From NCBI GenBank assembly GCA_964384035.1, contig CAYLIB010000003.1, forward strand, positions 36,393 to 100,392: a stretch of DNA of 64,000 nt, in the 5' to 3' direction. Of the stretch, positions 62,808 to 64,000 are shown piece by piece. A program made the translations under genes and the position numbers. A model generated the notes under the pieces. That model saw nothing but the letters and a program-made list of their open reading frames with translations. It had not been told where the DNA came from and did no database searches. The stretch's first letter is position 1. Each line of letters opens with the position of its first letter. Origin of the DNA: an uncultured Candidatus Saccharibacteria bacterium (GTDB lineage Bacteria; Patescibacteriota; Doudnabacteria; UBA920).

Positions 62808-63954
62808 TAGTTATTTGTCGCTTACCGTAGCCAGCTTGCTCCACGATCTGCGCTACTGTTTCTTGATCTGGAGCATTAAGGACTTTTATTACCAGATCAA
62901 GCTGTTCCTTTGTTACAGGGAACTCGATATGGATACTACCCTTTCCACCTTCGAAATAGACATTCACAGGTTTTTCAGATGGCCTCAGATGTTCGAATGG
63001 TTGAACCAGACGATTGTAAATGAAGTCCTTTGCTTGAGCTGTAAGATGTTTACTTAAGTCCACAGCGTTTCGGTACATGTGTAGTGACAAGTACCGGCCA
63101 TCAGTATCTAACGGTGCTGTTGGGTAGCCTTGACGTTTAAGCGCGTCTTGCTTGGCCTTCTCGCGAGCTAATCCATTGATCGGGATTTTTCTACCGTGGT
63201 TTAGCGGTCTTACTTTTGCGGTTAAGACGTGGAGAAAATCGGCACCCAATGGTTGTACATAGTTTCTGGGTTTCGATACCCAATGACATACGGCAACCCA
63301 ACGAGTGATTTTACGTTTCTTTTTCCTAATCTTTACCGTAGTAGTTTTCTTTTTTAACTTGCAGGACTTCTCGGACATTACAGATCTGGAGAAAACCATA
63401 TTATCACCCGAAGCGAGTTTAACCGCTCCTGGTGTTTTTTTGATCATCTCGTAAGTTAGAATATAAGGCAATCCTGCGTTTTGTGCGCGCGAAGCAGCTT
63501 CTCTTAATTTGTCCATCCGGCCAAGATTGACCTCAGCATCACCTTCTTCCTCCTCGTCTTTCTCGGCTTCTTCGAGGATTTTTTTCTCCTCTTCGGCAGT
63601 GGGTTTTTTCTCCTGGACCTCTTCTATTGTTCCAGGAGTTTTAATAGCCCAAATTTCGAGTTCAGATTTTTTTTCGACGAACTTGGAAATTTCGGTTGGC
63701 TTATCATCTTTCTTTGGTAAAGCAACTGGTATAGGCTCAGGTTTAGGTTTGGTTTGTGGCTTTACCCTTGCCTTAACCTTGGTACTTTTAACTGACCTAT
63801 TAGATTTCTGAGCTTTTTTACTCTTTTTACTTTGCTTTTTAGTTTTCGTTGCCCCACGAGTAACACTGTGTTTTTTACCTTTTGAAGCTAGGGCTTCGTT
63901 TGAAACCCATAAAGTGAGCATGACAACGAACATGCAAGCAATGAGTTTTTTCAT
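62794..63954 (-). CDS. hypothetical secreted Lys-rich protein
   Basis: The ORF track starts at 63993. The ATG at 63954 (MKKLIACMFVVMLTLWV...), preceded by ggagg, is the more plausible start and gives a signal peptide. Highly basic Lys-rich N-region, acidic middle, conserved-looking C-domain. No recognisable family. Confidence 0.55.
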   Translation of the reverse strand: MKKLIACMFVVMLTLWVSNEALASKGKKHSVTRGATKTKKQSKKSKKAQKSNRSVKSTKVKARVKPQTKPKPEPIPVALPKKDDKPTEISKFVEKKSELEIWAIKTPGTIEEVQEKKPTAEEEKKILEEAEKDEEEEGDAEVNLGRMDKLREAASRAQNAGLPYILTYEMIKKTPGAVKLASGDNMVFSRSVMSEKSCKLKKKTTTVKIRKKKRKITRWVAVCHWVSKPRNYVQPLGADFLHVLTAKVRPLNHGRKIPINGLAREKAKQDALKRQGYPTAPLDTDGRYLSLHMYRNAVDLSKHLTAQAKDFIYNRLVQPFEHLRPSEKPVNVYFEGGKGSIHIEFPVTKEQLDLVIKVLNAPDQETVAQIVEQAGYGKRQITKRSI

Positions 63955-64000
63955 TATTAGACCTCCAATTGATGTTTTCGTTGTTACCCACAACAGGGCA

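Noticed and set aside
1-64000. tRNA, rRNA, tmRNA, RNase P or SRP RNA genes in the intergenic gaps
   Set aside because: I scanned the gaps (1334-1495, 4529-4663, 14900-15504, 17132-17229, 21121-21306, 23303-23413, 34469-34669, 47067-47460, 50969-51273, 57035-57223 and others) for cloverleaf-like GC stems, the tmRNA GGGG...CCACCA terminus and RNase P or SRP conserved boxes. None were recognisable. Without a covariance-model search I cannot exclude small ncRNAs.

Overview
The window is a low-GC (~33-38% by eye) bacterial chromosomal segment. Genes are tightly packed, mostly on the minus strand, and many carry near-consensus sigma70-type promoters (TTGACA/T-17-TATAAT). Several traits point to a small-genome, monoderm (Gram-positive-like) lineage, possibly Patescibacteria/CPR-like; this is inference. 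These are an AlaRS lacking the C-terminal domain, an N-terminally extended S9, a sortase with an LPXTG-type substrate, and a compact rpsM-rpsK-rpsD-rpoA-rplQ-rplM-rpsI block.

Housekeeping content:
- secA, hpf, murB-murC-(patatin-like)-murG, murA, mreB
- infA-rpmJ-rpsM-rpsK-rpsD-rpoA-rplQ-rplM-rpsI
- pgi, a truncated alaS, ctpA (S41 protease)
- a Ham1/NUDIX house-cleaning pair, a SIMPL protein, an orphan CheY-like receiver, a DUF192 protein and a PEGA protein

Envelope content:
- Two polysaccharide loci: 10.0-14.9 kb (three GT4 plus a WbaP-like priming transferase) and 27.8-34.5 kb (two GT2, a Wzy/WaaL-like protein, GT4, a cytidylyltransferase and a Wzx flippase).
- An rmlB-rmlC-rmlD-rmlA operon at 52.1-55.2 kb.
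- A surface-protein module: a sortase, a 923-aa DUF11-repeat protein with an IPKTG sorting signal, and an S8 subtilase plus a 619-aa secreted protein that share ~55-aa tandem repeats.

The most striking feature is at least seven short GC-rich islands (~47-60% GC by eye, 1-2 genes each). Each is a self-contained transcription unit with a host-style promoter, an RBS and a strong hairpin terminator. They encode proteins with no recognisable domains, several of them secreted or membrane-bound.

Other oddities are listed under findings: a duplicated intergenic element built of inverted heptamer arrays; an operator-like palindrome shared by the secA promoter and a small TIR-like gene; a Phd/YefM-like N-terminus fused to GalE; and a near-palindromic 38-mer made of restriction-site-like hexamers.

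I found no rRNA, tRNA, CRISPR array, transposase or integrase.
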